From: Longimicrobiales bacterium
GTDB lineage: Bacteria; Gemmatimonadota; Gemmatimonadetes; Longimicrobiales; RSA9
DNA length: 64,000 nt
Direction of reading: 5' to 3'
Assembly (NCBI GenBank): GCA_035461085.1
Contig: DATHVW010000104.1
Location: forward strand, 6,018 to 70,017
The stretch's first letter is position 1. Each line of letters begins with the position of its first letter. Shown in pieces: positions 28,202-36,735 of the stretch. The notes under the pieces were generated by a model, which was not told the DNA's origin, did not search any database, and saw only the letters and a program-made list of their open reading frames with translations. The position numbers and the translations under genes were made by a program.

Positions 28202-30055
28202 TCAGGCATCCGGCAGTCCCACGATCTTCATCAGTGCCAGCGCATTCGTCGATGTCGCGAGGCCATCGCGCAGACGGTAGTCGAAGTGCAGTGTCGATGC
28301 ACCATCGACGTCGGTGAACGTCTCGCTGAAATGCACGAGGCGGGCAGCGCGGGCGAGCGCGGGTTCCTCGGCCAGCTCGAGGTCGTGTGTCGTCGCGGCA
28401 CCGATCGCGCCCGTGTCCACCAGGTGTCGGATGACCCGTGTCGCCGCGATCCGGCGCTCGGCCGTGTTCGTGCCGTGCAGGATCTCGTCGAGCAGGAACA
28501 GCAGCGTCGCGGAGCCCTCATCACGAACACGATGAGCCGCGTCCACGATCTGCTTGAGCCGCTCAAGCTCCGCCATGAAATACGACACGCCGCGCGCGAG
28601 CGAATCCTGCACACGGATGCTCGAGTGCACTTCGAGACGCGGCATGCGGAGGCGGGCCGCGCAGACGGGAGCACCCGCCTGGGCCAGCACTACGTTCAGG
28701 CCCATCGCGCGAAGCAGCGTGCTCTTGCCCGACATGTTGGAGCCCGTAACCAGCAGGAACGTACCGGCCGGACCCACGCGCACATCGTTGGGCACCCGCT
28801 TCTCGTCCGGGATGAGCGGGTGTCCGAGCGCAGCAGCGTCGAGCACCGCGCCGTCGGCGACGGCATCCTTCGCCACCACTTCCGCGAACACCCAGTCCGG
28901 CTGGTCGTGGGCCAGCGTCGCCAGTGCACCCAGCGCCTCCACCTCGCCCAGCGCCGACAGCCAGTCGCGCACCGCCCGGCCGGCATCGCGCTGCCAGCGC
29001 TCGAGCGATATCAGCACGTGCACATCCCACAGCGTCAGCAGGAACACCGGCAGGTGCATGCTCGACATGCGCAGGTCGGCGCGATGCATCAGCCGCTGGA
29101 GCCGCTTCAGCTGGTGGTCGGCGGGTTCGTCATGCTGAACCAGGCGCGCGGCAACCGCCTGAAGCAGCGGACTCGCGAAGGTGGCGGCTGCAACCGCACG
29201 GAGCATGTCGGGATAGTAGGTGAACAGCGGCTCGCGACCGAACGCATCATCGAACGTGCGGCGTGCGCGCGCGCCGATCGTTCCATATGCAACGAGCGAC
29301 GCCAGCAGCGGAATCAGCCACAGCGAACGATCGATGACGCCGAGCAGGTGCCCGAGACCGAGCGCCCACGTGGCGGCCGGCAGCAGCCACGCGGCTGCCT
29401 GCACCCACAGTCGCCCGGACAGACGCGCCGGCGACTCCGCCCATGTGAGGAACCGCTCGATATCGCGCCTGCGGATCGTGCGCGCCGCGCGCCCGTGCAG
29501 TGCGAGCGTATCACGCAGGTCGTGCATGAGCGCAAGCTCGCGCACCGCGATGTTGCGCTCGACAATCGTGTCCGGACCGGCCGTCGCCGACAGCAGCCAG
29601 TCGTCCAGAATCGCGCTGCCGAACGGCGTCGCCACGGGGCCGAGTATCTGCGACATCGAGGCACGGCCGTAAAGGTCGAGGTCCCCCGCGTAGTCGTGCC
29701 CCTCGATCGATCGTGAGGGCGCCCGCACCGGCAGCCGGTCCCAGTTCCGGGCGAGACGATCGAGCCCCTCCTCGTTCAGCGCCGCCCGGTCCGCATACCA
29801 CCGCTCACGTCGCCGCGTCCGCCGGTGCGCGGCAATCAACGCGAGGAACGCTGCGGCCGACACTACGGTCGCAACGATCAGCGGCGCGGAGGGCGATCGC
29901 TCGATCAGCAGACCCAGCAGGATCAGGACGATGAATGTGGCGATGCGGGCGTGCGAGAGCAGGCGCGAGCGACGCGCCAGTGCGTCGCGCTGTCGCACGA
30001 AACCATCCGCGCGTTCACGATAGGTCGCCGCCGGCGCAGCAATGCGTTCAGACAT
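28202..30055 (-). CDS. Membrane-anchored MutS-related ATPase (MutS domain V only)
   Basis: Walker A GSNMSGKST, Walker B LFLLDEILHGTN, and a MutS-type signature region. It has at least four hydrophobic helices in the N-terminal and middle regions. No mismatch-binding or Smr domain is apparent. Confidence 0.7.
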   Translation of the reverse strand: MSERIAAPAATYRERADGFVRQRDALARRSRLLSHARIATFIVLILLGLLIERSPSAPLIVATVVSAAAFLALIAAHRRTRRRERWYADRAALNEEGLDRLARNWDRLPVRAPSRSIEGHDYAGDLDLYGRASMSQILGPVATPFGSAILDDWLLSATAGPDTIVERNIAVRELALMHDLRDTLALHGRAARTIRRRDIERFLTWAESPARLSGRLWVQAAAWLLPAATWALGLGHLLGVIDRSLWLIPLLASLVAYGTIGARARRTFDDAFGREPLFTYYPDMLRAVAAATFASPLLQAVAARLVQHDEPADHQLKRLQRLMHRADLRMSSMHLPVFLLTLWDVHVLISLERWQRDAGRAVRDWLSALGEVEALGALATLAHDQPDWVFAEVVAKDAVADGAVLDAAALGHPLIPDEKRVPNDVRVGPAGTFLLVTGSNMSGKSTLLRAMGLNVVLAQAGAPVCAARLRMPRLEVHSSIRVQDSLARGVSYFMAELERLKQIVDAAHRVRDEGSATLLFLLDEILHGTNTAERRIAATRVIRHLVDTGAIGAATTHDLELAEEPALARAARLVHFSETFTDVDGASTLHFDYRLRDGLATSTNALALMKIVGLPDA

Positions 30056-30161
30056 GGGCCGCAAGGTAGGGGAGCCGGCCCGCGGCCGCGACTCCGACTT
30101 TGCACCGCGATACGCCCCGCCGTACTATGCTGCACGCTGCGTTTCACTGCACGGAGGACGA

Positions 30162-30548
30162 ATGCTCGAAAAACGCTTCTACGGCGAACGCGTTCGACGC
30201 TACACCGACAAGATGGCTCACGTGCTCTACGACGCCTATCTCCGTATGGACAAGGAGCGCGACGCCCGCAAAATGCCGCACCCGACCCCCGAGGACGTCG
30301 ATATCCTGTCCTGGCCGCAGACATGGCCGGACGCTCGCTGCGGTTTCGACAAGCCGCTCAAGGACGTCTACGCCAGCGAGCAGACGGACGTCGTCATCGA
30401 CAGCCAGCTCGGCACCGCCTACGTCTACCACGCGGGACAGTTCGCCCGCACCGTCGAGAAGCCCGGTGACGCGTTCTGGGCCGCAGTCCGCGAACGCAGG
30501 CTGCCGGGAGCCGTAGACGAAGAGGCCTGGAGCCGCCTCGTCCAGTAA
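30162..30548 (+). CDS. Hypothetical protein (128 aa)
   Basis: ORF from MLEKRFYGER, GC3-rich, no family recognised. Divergent from the MutS-like gene. Confidence 0.45.
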   Translation: MLEKRFYGERVRRYTDKMAHVLYDAYLRMDKERDARKMPHPTPEDVDILSWPQTWPDARCGFDKPLKDVYASEQTDVVIDSQLGTAYVYHAGQFARTVEKPGDAFWAAVRERRLPGAVDEEAWSRLVQ

Positions 30549-30624
30549 CCATCACCGTGCTCCGGCCGCGGCGGAGCAGTCTCGCTGACGCGCCTCCTGC
30601 CTGCCGGACTGCGCCGACCGTAGA

Positions 30625-30853
30625 GTGCCTGGTTCACCTCCCGCGACGACGTCGGGGTTCCCCCGAGGGGTGAGCGAAGGCCCGCGGAGCACGATTGACG
30701 TCAAAGGGCGACGTCGGGACGGCCCCAAGGCCTGAGCGAAGGCGCTTGGCGCATGGTTGACGTTGCGGCGCCGTGGAGACCGCCCCAGGGCCTGAGCGAA
30801 GGCGCCTGGAGCCTGGTTGACGTTGCGGGCAACGTCGGCACTGCCCTGGGGCC
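30625..30853 (+). repeat. Tandem array of ~61-nt structured repeats (three full units 30660-30722, 30723-30782, 30783-30843, plus partial flanking units)
   Basis: Read directly. Each unit is CCCCnnGGnnTGAGCGAAGGC...GGTTGACGT...ACGTCGG and contains two hairpins. Non-coding gap of 398 bp. Confidence 0.85.
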
Positions 30854-30861
30854 GTTTTTTT
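30782..30861 (+). terminator. Complex intrinsic-terminator-like structure closing the repeat array
   Basis: GCCCCAGGGC (30782-30791) pairs perfectly with GCCCTGGGGC (30843-30852), enclosing the last unit. It is followed by CG and T7 (30855-30861), a very rare T-run in this DNA. Confidence 0.55.
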
Positions 30862-30890
30862 GGGTCAGGGCGCGATCGACGCTGACCCAA
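30860..30890. promoter_or_regulatory. 9-bp inverted repeat TTGGGTCAG-N13-CTGACCCAA, operator candidate upstream of the tetR promoter
   Basis: Read directly. It ends 20 nt upstream of the -35 hexamer. Confidence 0.35.
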
Positions 30891-30909
30891 GCCATGAGGC
30901 GCTGCCGGC

Positions 30910-30938
30910 TTGACCCACTGCCTCGTCCCCACTATCAT
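30910..30938 (+). promoter_or_regulatory. Sigma-70-type promoter TTGACC-17 nt-TATCAT giving a leaderless or near-leaderless tetR mRNA
   Basis: The -35 is at 30910-30915 and the -10 at 30933-30938. The ATG at 30947 is only 9 nt from the -10 and has no Shine-Dalgarno. Confidence 0.55.
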
Positions 30939-30946
30939 ACAAACGT

Positions 30947-31567
30947 ATGAATGACTCAGCGGACAGCCTCGATACGCCCGCCGCACTCATCCACGCGGCC
31001 CGGCCCATCTTCGCCACCCACGGCTTCGATGGCGCGTCCGTGCGCGCGATCACGACCGCGGCGGGCGCCAATCTCGGCGCGATCACGTACCACTTCGGCT
31101 CCAAGCGCGAGCTGTACGACCGGGTGGTGGGGAGCATCGTGACCCCGCTCGCGGAGCGGGTGGAGCGCGTCGTCGCGGGGGACGGGCCGGTGCTCGACCG
31201 GGCGGGGGAAGTGGTGACGGCGTACTTCGAGTATCTGCGGATGAATCCTGACCTGCCGCAGCTGATGATGCAGGAGCTGGTGCTGAGCGGAGCGCCGCCA
31301 GCGGCGATCGCCGATCCGATGCGTCGCGTGCTCGGGGCGCTCTCGCGCCTGATCGTGGAGGGTCAGGAGACCGGTGTGGTGAGGGCGGGTCCGGCGTCGG
31401 TGATGAGCATCTTCATTCTGTCGGTGCCGGTGCATCTCTCGATGATGCGGCCGGCCCTGGAGAAGGTGGGCGGTGTGGCGCTGGGTGATGCGGCGACATT
31501 CGGGCGCGTGGTGGCGTCGGCGCGTGAGTTCGTGCAGGCGGGGCTTGGCGTGGAGGGTGGCGCATGA
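30947..31567 (+). CDS. TetR/AcrR family transcriptional regulator
   Basis: N-terminal HTH FATHGFDGASVRAITTAAGANLGAITYHFGSKRELY. The stop overlaps the next start (ATGA). Confidence 0.9.
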   Translation: MNDSADSLDTPAALIHAARPIFATHGFDGASVRAITTAAGANLGAITYHFGSKRELYDRVVGSIVTPLAERVERVVAGDGPVLDRAGEVVTAYFEYLRMNPDLPQLMMQELVLSGAPPAAIADPMRRVLGALSRLIVEGQETGVVRAGPASVMSIFILSVPVHLSMMRPALEKVGGVALGDAATFGRVVASAREFVQAGLGVEGGA

Positions 31568-32592
31568 TACGACCGGAGAAGACAACGGGGAGGCCGGGAT
31601 CGCGGGCGAAGCGGATCGCGCCCGTTCTCGTGCTGCTGCTTGCTGCGGGCCTGGTGGGTTGGTGGGTACTCGGCCGAGGTGAGGATGATGCCGGGGTGCT
31701 GCGCGCATCGGGGACGGTCGAGGCGACCGATGCGGACCTCGGCTTTCAGGTGGGTGGCCGGCTGGAGAGCGTGACCGTGATGGAAGGCGACCGCGTGAGT
31801 GCGGGTGAGGAGCTGGCGCGGCTGGAGGTGTCGGATCTGAACGCACGACGCGCAGCGGCGGCCGCACAGGTGGACATAGCGCGGGCGCAGCTGGCGGAGC
31901 TGGAGCGGGGCGCCCGTCCGGAGGAGCTGGCGCAGGCGCGTTCGGCGGAGACGGCGGCGCGGGAGCAGATGGAGGATGCAGGGCGTGTGCTCGAGCGCAT
32001 GCGGCCGTTGTACGAGGGTGGCGCCGTGAGCCGGCAGACCTTGGACCAGGCGCAGACCGCGTACGAGGTGGCGCGGGCGCAGCACGCGCAGGCGCGCGAG
32101 CAGGCCGACATGGTACAGAGCGGTCCGCGTGCTGAACGGAAGGTGGCGCAGCGCGCGGTGGTGGAGCAGGCGGAGGCGCTGGTCGGCCAGGCGGATGCGG
32201 CGCTGGAGCACGCAGTGATCCATGCGCCGTTCGCCGGTGTCGTGTCGGTCCGGCACAGGGAGGAAGGCGAGGCTGTGGGTCCGGGGGCGCCGGTGCTGAC
32301 ACTGATGAATCCGGCGGACCGGTGGGTGAGGATCTACGTGCGCGAGGATGAGATCGGACGCGTCGTCATCGGTCAGCGCGCCGAGATCCGCAGTGACACG
32401 GACCCGTCACGGAGCTTCGGCGGGCGGGTGACGTACATCGCCGCGAACGCCGAGTTCACGCCGCGCAACGTGCAGACGACCGAGGAGCGCGTAAAGCTCG
32501 TGTATGCGGTGAAGGTGCAGATCACCGACGATCCGGAGTTGATGCTGAAGCCAGGCGTCCCGGCGGATGTACAGCTGATCACGGGCACGTGA
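31564..32592 (+). CDS. HlyD-family membrane fusion protein (YbhG/YhiI-like)
   Basis: N-terminal anchor, coiled-coil (ARAQLAELERGARPEELAQA), barrel motif VIHAPFAGVVSV, and the C-terminal motif FTPRNVQTTEERVKLVYAVKV typical of YbhG-type adaptors. Confidence 0.85.
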   Translation: MIRPEKTTGRPGSRAKRIAPVLVLLLAAGLVGWWVLGRGEDDAGVLRASGTVEATDADLGFQVGGRLESVTVMEGDRVSAGEELARLEVSDLNARRAAAAAQVDIARAQLAELERGARPEELAQARSAETAAREQMEDAGRVLERMRPLYEGGAVSRQTLDQAQTAYEVARAQHAQAREQADMVQSGPRAERKVAQRAVVEQAEALVGQADAALEHAVIHAPFAGVVSVRHREEGEAVGPGAPVLTLMNPADRWVRIYVREDEIGRVVIGQRAEIRSDTDPSRSFGGRVTYIAANAEFTPRNVQTTEERVKLVYAVKVQITDDPELMLKPGVPADVQLITGT

Positions 32593-32593
32593 C

Positions 32594-33511
32594 ATGTCTG
32601 CCATCTCCGTGCGTGCATTGTCGCGCGTCTTCGGTGCTGCGACGGCCGTCGATTCGCTGACGTTCGACGTCGGGGCCGGTCAGCTGTTCGGCATCGTGGG
32701 CCCGGACGGTGCAGGGAAGACGACGACACTCCGGATGCTCGCGGGCGTCCTCCCGCCCACGTCGGGCGATGCGGAGATCATGGGCGTCAGCGTCGCCGCG
32801 GATCCGGAGGGCGTGAAGCCGCACATCGCGTACATGTCGCAGCGCTTCGGTCTGTACCAGGACCTGACGGTGCGCGAGAACATCCTGTTCTACGCTGATC
32901 TGTACCGGGTGCCGCGCCGCGAGCTGCCGGCGCGCATGGAGCGGCTCTACCGCTTCTCGCAGCTGGGTGACTTCGAGCACCGGCTCGCCGGTCAGCTGTC
33001 CGGCGGCATGAAGCAGAAACTCTCCCTTTCCTGCGCGCTCATTCATCATCCGTCCGTGCTGCTGCTCGATGAGCCGACGTTCGGCGTCGATCCGATCTCA
33101 CGCCGCGACCTGTGGCTCATCCTGCATCAGATGGTAGCCGACGGCATGAGCGTCATCGTGACGACTTCGTACCTGGACGAAGCGGAGCGGTGCGATCGCG
33201 TGGCGCTGCTGCACGAGGGCGGGCTGCTGGCGCTGGATACGCCCGCTGCCATCCAGCAGCGTCTGGAGGGTCGTCTCTTCAGCGTGCGGGGCGACGATGC
33301 CCGCGCTCTGCGTGACGCGCTGCGCGGCATTCCGGACGTCCGGCACGCGACGTTGTTCGGCGATGCGGTCCACGCCGTCACGGACGCCGGCACTACCGCC
33401 GCCTCGCTGCGCGACGGCGTGCTGCGCAGCGGTACGCCCGTGGACCGCGTCGAGACCGTGCGCCCATCGCTGGAGGACGCGTTCATCGAGCTGGTGGGCG
33501 GCACGCCATGA
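32594..33511 (+). CDS. ABC transporter ATP-binding protein (canonical signature)
   Basis: GPDGAGKTT, LSGGMKQKL, LLLDEPT. Confidence 0.9.
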   Translation: MSAISVRALSRVFGAATAVDSLTFDVGAGQLFGIVGPDGAGKTTTLRMLAGVLPPTSGDAEIMGVSVAADPEGVKPHIAYMSQRFGLYQDLTVRENILFYADLYRVPRRELPARMERLYRFSQLGDFEHRLAGQLSGGMKQKLSLSCALIHHPSVLLLDEPTFGVDPISRRDLWLILHQMVADGMSVIVTTSYLDEAERCDRVALLHEGGLLALDTPAAIQQRLEGRLFSVRGDDARALRDALRGIPDVRHATLFGDAVHAVTDAGTTAASLRDGVLRSGTPVDRVETVRPSLEDAFIELVGGTP

Positions 33512-34446
33512 GCCCGGCAATCTCGGTGCGCGACCTCACACGCCGCTTCGGCGACTTCACAGCCGTGCACGAAGCTACGTTCGATGTGCAGCGGGGCGAG
33601 ATCTTCGGGTTCCTGGGGCCGAACGGTGCGGGCAAGACGACCACGATCCGCATGCTGTGCGGCCTGCTGCCGCCGACATCCGGGCATGCGACCGTGGCCG
33701 GGCTGGATGTCAGACGTGACGCCGCCGCGCTGCGCGCGCGCATCGGCTACATGTCACAGAGCTTCTCGCTGTATCCCGACCTCACCGTGAGCGAGAACAT
33801 CGAGCTCTTCGCCGGCCTCTACGATGTCACGGGTGAGCGGTTCGCCATGCGTCGCAAGTGGCTGCTCGACATGGCGGACCTGCGCGGGCGGGAGCGGCAT
33901 GTGACGGGTGAGCTGCCGCTCGGATTCAAGCAGCGTCTCGCCCTCGGCTGTGCCGTCCTGCATGAGCCGCCGATCCTCTTTCTCGATGAGCCGACGTCGG
34001 GTGTCGATCCGCTGGCGCGGCGCCGGTTCTGGGATCTGATCCACGCGCTGGCGCAGGGCGGAACCACGATCCTCGTGAGCACGCACTACATGGAGGAAGC
34101 GGAGTACTGCAACCGGTTGCTCCTCATGAACCGGGGACGCGTCATTGCCGATGGCGCGCCGTCCGCGCTCCGCGCATCGATGGCCGAGCCGATACTCGAG
34201 ATCACGACGGATGACGCGCCGCTCGCCGTCGAGGCGCTCACCGGCGCACCCGGCGTCATCGACGCGGCGATGTTCGGCCGGCTCGTGCACGTGGTGGTCG
34301 AAGAAGTGGCTGACACAGCGACCACGATCAGAGGTGTGCTGCGGGATGCCGGCCGCACGGTGGAAGACGTGCGGACGGTGCAGCCGTCGCTGGAGGATGT
34401 GTTCGTGTCACTGGTCCGCCGCGAGGGCGGCGCGGTAGCGGGCTGA
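33508..34446 (+). CDS. ABC transporter ATP-binding protein (degenerate signature motif)
   Basis: GPNGAGKTT, LFLDEPTSG, but the signature position reads LPLGFKQRL instead of LSGGQ. Confidence 0.9.
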   Translation: MSPAISVRDLTRRFGDFTAVHEATFDVQRGEIFGFLGPNGAGKTTTIRMLCGLLPPTSGHATVAGLDVRRDAAALRARIGYMSQSFSLYPDLTVSENIELFAGLYDVTGERFAMRRKWLLDMADLRGRERHVTGELPLGFKQRLALGCAVLHEPPILFLDEPTSGVDPLARRRFWDLIHALAQGGTTILVSTHYMEEAEYCNRLLLMNRGRVIADGAPSALRASMAEPILEITTDDAPLAVEALTGAPGVIDAAMFGRLVHVVVEEVADTATTIRGVLRDAGRTVEDVRTVQPSLEDVFVSLVRREGGAVAG

Positions 34447-35567
34447 TGCTGTCGCTCCGCAGGACCACCGCGATGGCCCGCAAGGAGTGGGTGCAGCTGC
34501 GCCGGGATCCGCGCAGCATGGTGCTGGCCTTCGGCATGCCTCTGCTGATGCTGCTCTTCTTCGGCTACGCGATCAGCTGGGACATACGCGACATCCGCAT
34601 TGCCGTCATCGACCAGGATCGTACGGCGTCGAGCCGGCGTCTGGTCGAGGTGTTCGAAGCGAGCGGCTACTTCTCAGTGGTCGATTATCCCGAAACGACG
34701 GCCGGGATCGATGATGACCTGCTGCACGGCCGCGTGACGGGCGGGCTGGTCATACCGCCGGGCTTTGCACGCGACCTGGCAGCAGGGCGCCTCGCACCCG
34801 TCCAGCTGCTGCTCGATGGCAGCGATGCGAACACGGCCACCGTGGCGCTGAACTACAGCAGCGCGATCGCTGCCGGCTTCTCCCGCGACGTGCTGCTTCA
34901 GGGGCGGCGCATCGAGGCGCCGGCATCGGCGGAAACGCGCATCTGGTACAACCCGACGCTCGCGAGCAGCAACATGATCGTGCCGGGCCTGATCGCCGTG
35001 ATCATGTCCATCATCGCTGCCATGCTGACGGCGCTCACGATTGCCCGCGAGTGGGAGCGCGGTACGATGGAGCAGCTTGCGGCCACGCCCGTTCACCGCC
35101 TCGAGGTGGTGTTCGGCAAGCTGCTCCCCTACCTCGGCATCGGCCTGTTCGATGTCGCGACCACCGTCGCCGCCGGCGTCCTCATTTTCGATGTGCCGCT
35201 GCGCGGCAGCATTCTATTGCTTGGTACGATGACGCTGCTCTTCCTGCTCGGCGCGCTCGGACTCGGCATGTTCGTATCCGCGGTCCTCAAGTCGCAGGTG
35301 CTCGCCACCCAGGTGGCGATGGTCGTGACGTATCTGCCGGCCCTGCTCCTCTCCGGGTTCCTGTTCGACATCGCCAGCATGCCCGCAGCATTGCGCGCGG
35401 TCAGCTTCATCGTGCCGGCGAAGTACTACATTACCGTGACGCGCGGCGTGTTCCTGAAGGGTGTCGGGCCGGACGTGCTGTGGGTGCAGGGTGTGTCCAT
35501 GGTGATCTTTGCCGCGATCGGCATCGGCCTGGCCACGGCCGCTTTCGACAAGAGGATCGCGGCATGA
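34446..35567 (+). CDS. ABC-2 type transporter permease (YbhS/YhhJ-like)
   Basis: N-terminal TM, a large periplasmic loop, then five TM segments. ABC-2 family features (EWERGTMEQL). Confidence 0.85.
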   Translation: MLSLRRTTAMARKEWVQLRRDPRSMVLAFGMPLLMLLFFGYAISWDIRDIRIAVIDQDRTASSRRLVEVFEASGYFSVVDYPETTAGIDDDLLHGRVTGGLVIPPGFARDLAAGRLAPVQLLLDGSDANTATVALNYSSAIAAGFSRDVLLQGRRIEAPASAETRIWYNPTLASSNMIVPGLIAVIMSIIAAMLTALTIAREWERGTMEQLAATPVHRLEVVFGKLLPYLGIGLFDVATTVAAGVLIFDVPLRGSILLLGTMTLLFLLGALGLGMFVSAVLKSQVLATQVAMVVTYLPALLLSGFLFDIASMPAALRAVSFIVPAKYYITVTRGVFLKGVGPDVLWVQGVSMVIFAAIGIGLATAAFDKRIAA

Positions 35568-36730
35568 CGACGCGGCCGGCCGAAGGTGCCGATCGGCAGC
35601 ACTCCGCTCGTGCGGCGTCACTGCGCCGCGTGCGGGCTCTCGTGCGCAAGGAGCTGCGCCAGCTGCTGCGCGATCCGAAGACGAAACGGATCGTGTTCGC
35701 TGCCCCCATCATCCAGCTCCTGCTGTTCGGCTACGCCGTTACCACGGACGTCCACGATGTGAGCACGTACGTCGTGGACCATGACCGGACGGCGGAGTCG
35801 CGCGCACTCCAGGACGCCTTCACGGCCGGCGGCTATTTCCGCATCGTCGGCCGCTCCGATCGGCCCGCCGACATGGCCGCAGCACTCGATGACGGCAGTG
35901 CGGGGCTCGGCCTCCAGATACCGACCGGCTTTGCCCGCGACCTCGCCGCGGGCCGCGGCGCCACCGTGCAGGTTCTCGTGGACGGCACCAGCTCCAACAC
36001 GGCGACCGTCGCACAGGGCTATGCCGGGCGCATCGTACAGGAATTCGGTATCCGCCATGCCGCCGGTCGCGGTGCCGAGCTCGACGGCGGCGTGGACCTC
36101 CGCGCGCGCGCGTGGTTCAATGCGGAGCTGACGAGCCGCGTCTACAACGTGCCCGCCATTATCGGCGTGCTGCTCATGATGATGGCACTGCTGCTCACCG
36201 CGCTCGGTGTGGTGCGCGAGCGGGAGCTCGGTACGCTCGAGCAGCTGCTCGTGAGTCCGCTGACCGCCGGCGAGCTGATCCTCGGCAAGACCATCCCCGT
36301 CGCGATCATCGCACTGATCGACCTGGCCCTCATCTGCGCGGTCGCGCTCCTCTGGTTCGACATACCGTTGCGCGGCAGTGTCGCCGCGCTCCTCATCGCA
36401 TCGTTCGTCTACATCCTGGCCAGCCTCGGACTCGGCCTCTTCATCTCCACCGTATCACGGACGCAGCAGGAGGCGTTCATGGGGATGTTCCTCCTGTTCC
36501 TGCCTGTGGTCATCCTCTCGGGGTTCATGTATCCAGTTGAGACGATGCCGGCGGTGTTCCAGAACCTGACGCTGCTGAACCCGCTGCGTCACTTCCTCGT
36601 GATCGTGCGCGGCATCTTCCTGAAGGGGCACGGCCTGCTGGACATCCTGGTGCCGCTCACGATTGTGACAGGGATGGCAGTCGTGGTGCTCGCGGGCGCT
36701 GTGGTGCGGTTCGGTCGGTCCGTGAGGTGA
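35564..36730 (+). CDS. ABC-2 type transporter permease (YbhR-like)
   Basis: Paralogue of the preceding gene (ERELGTLEQLLVSP). ATG 35564 overlaps the upstream stop. The first 171 aa of track ORF 35051..36730 are an out-of-frame overlap and are rejected. Confidence 0.85.
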   Translation: MTTRPAEGADRQHSARAASLRRVRALVRKELRQLLRDPKTKRIVFAAPIIQLLLFGYAVTTDVHDVSTYVVDHDRTAESRALQDAFTAGGYFRIVGRSDRPADMAAALDDGSAGLGLQIPTGFARDLAAGRGATVQVLVDGTSSNTATVAQGYAGRIVQEFGIRHAAGRGAELDGGVDLRARAWFNAELTSRVYNVPAIIGVLLMMMALLLTALGVVRERELGTLEQLLVSPLTAGELILGKTIPVAIIALIDLALICAVALLWFDIPLRGSVAALLIASFVYILASLGLGLFISTVSRTQQEAFMGMFLLFLPVVILSGFMYPVETMPAVFQNLTLLNPLRHFLVIVRGIFLKGHGLLDILVPLTIVTGMAVVVLAGAVVRFGRSVR

Positions 36731-36735
36731 AGCAA

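Noticed and set aside
30625-30853. CRISPR array or integron attC sites as an explanation for the tandem repeats
   Set aside because: The units are contiguous with no unique spacers, and no cas or intI gene is in the window. The units also lack the RYYYAAC/GTTRRRY attC core sites.
30552-30986. Track ORFs 30552..30986 (-) and 30753..30950 (+) across the tandem repeat array
   Set aside because: Their repetitive peptides simply mirror the DNA repeats. The frame is not preserved between units 1 and 2 (62-nt spacing). There is no Shine-Dalgarno, and the plus-strand ORF runs through the T7 run and the tetR promoter into the tetR start.
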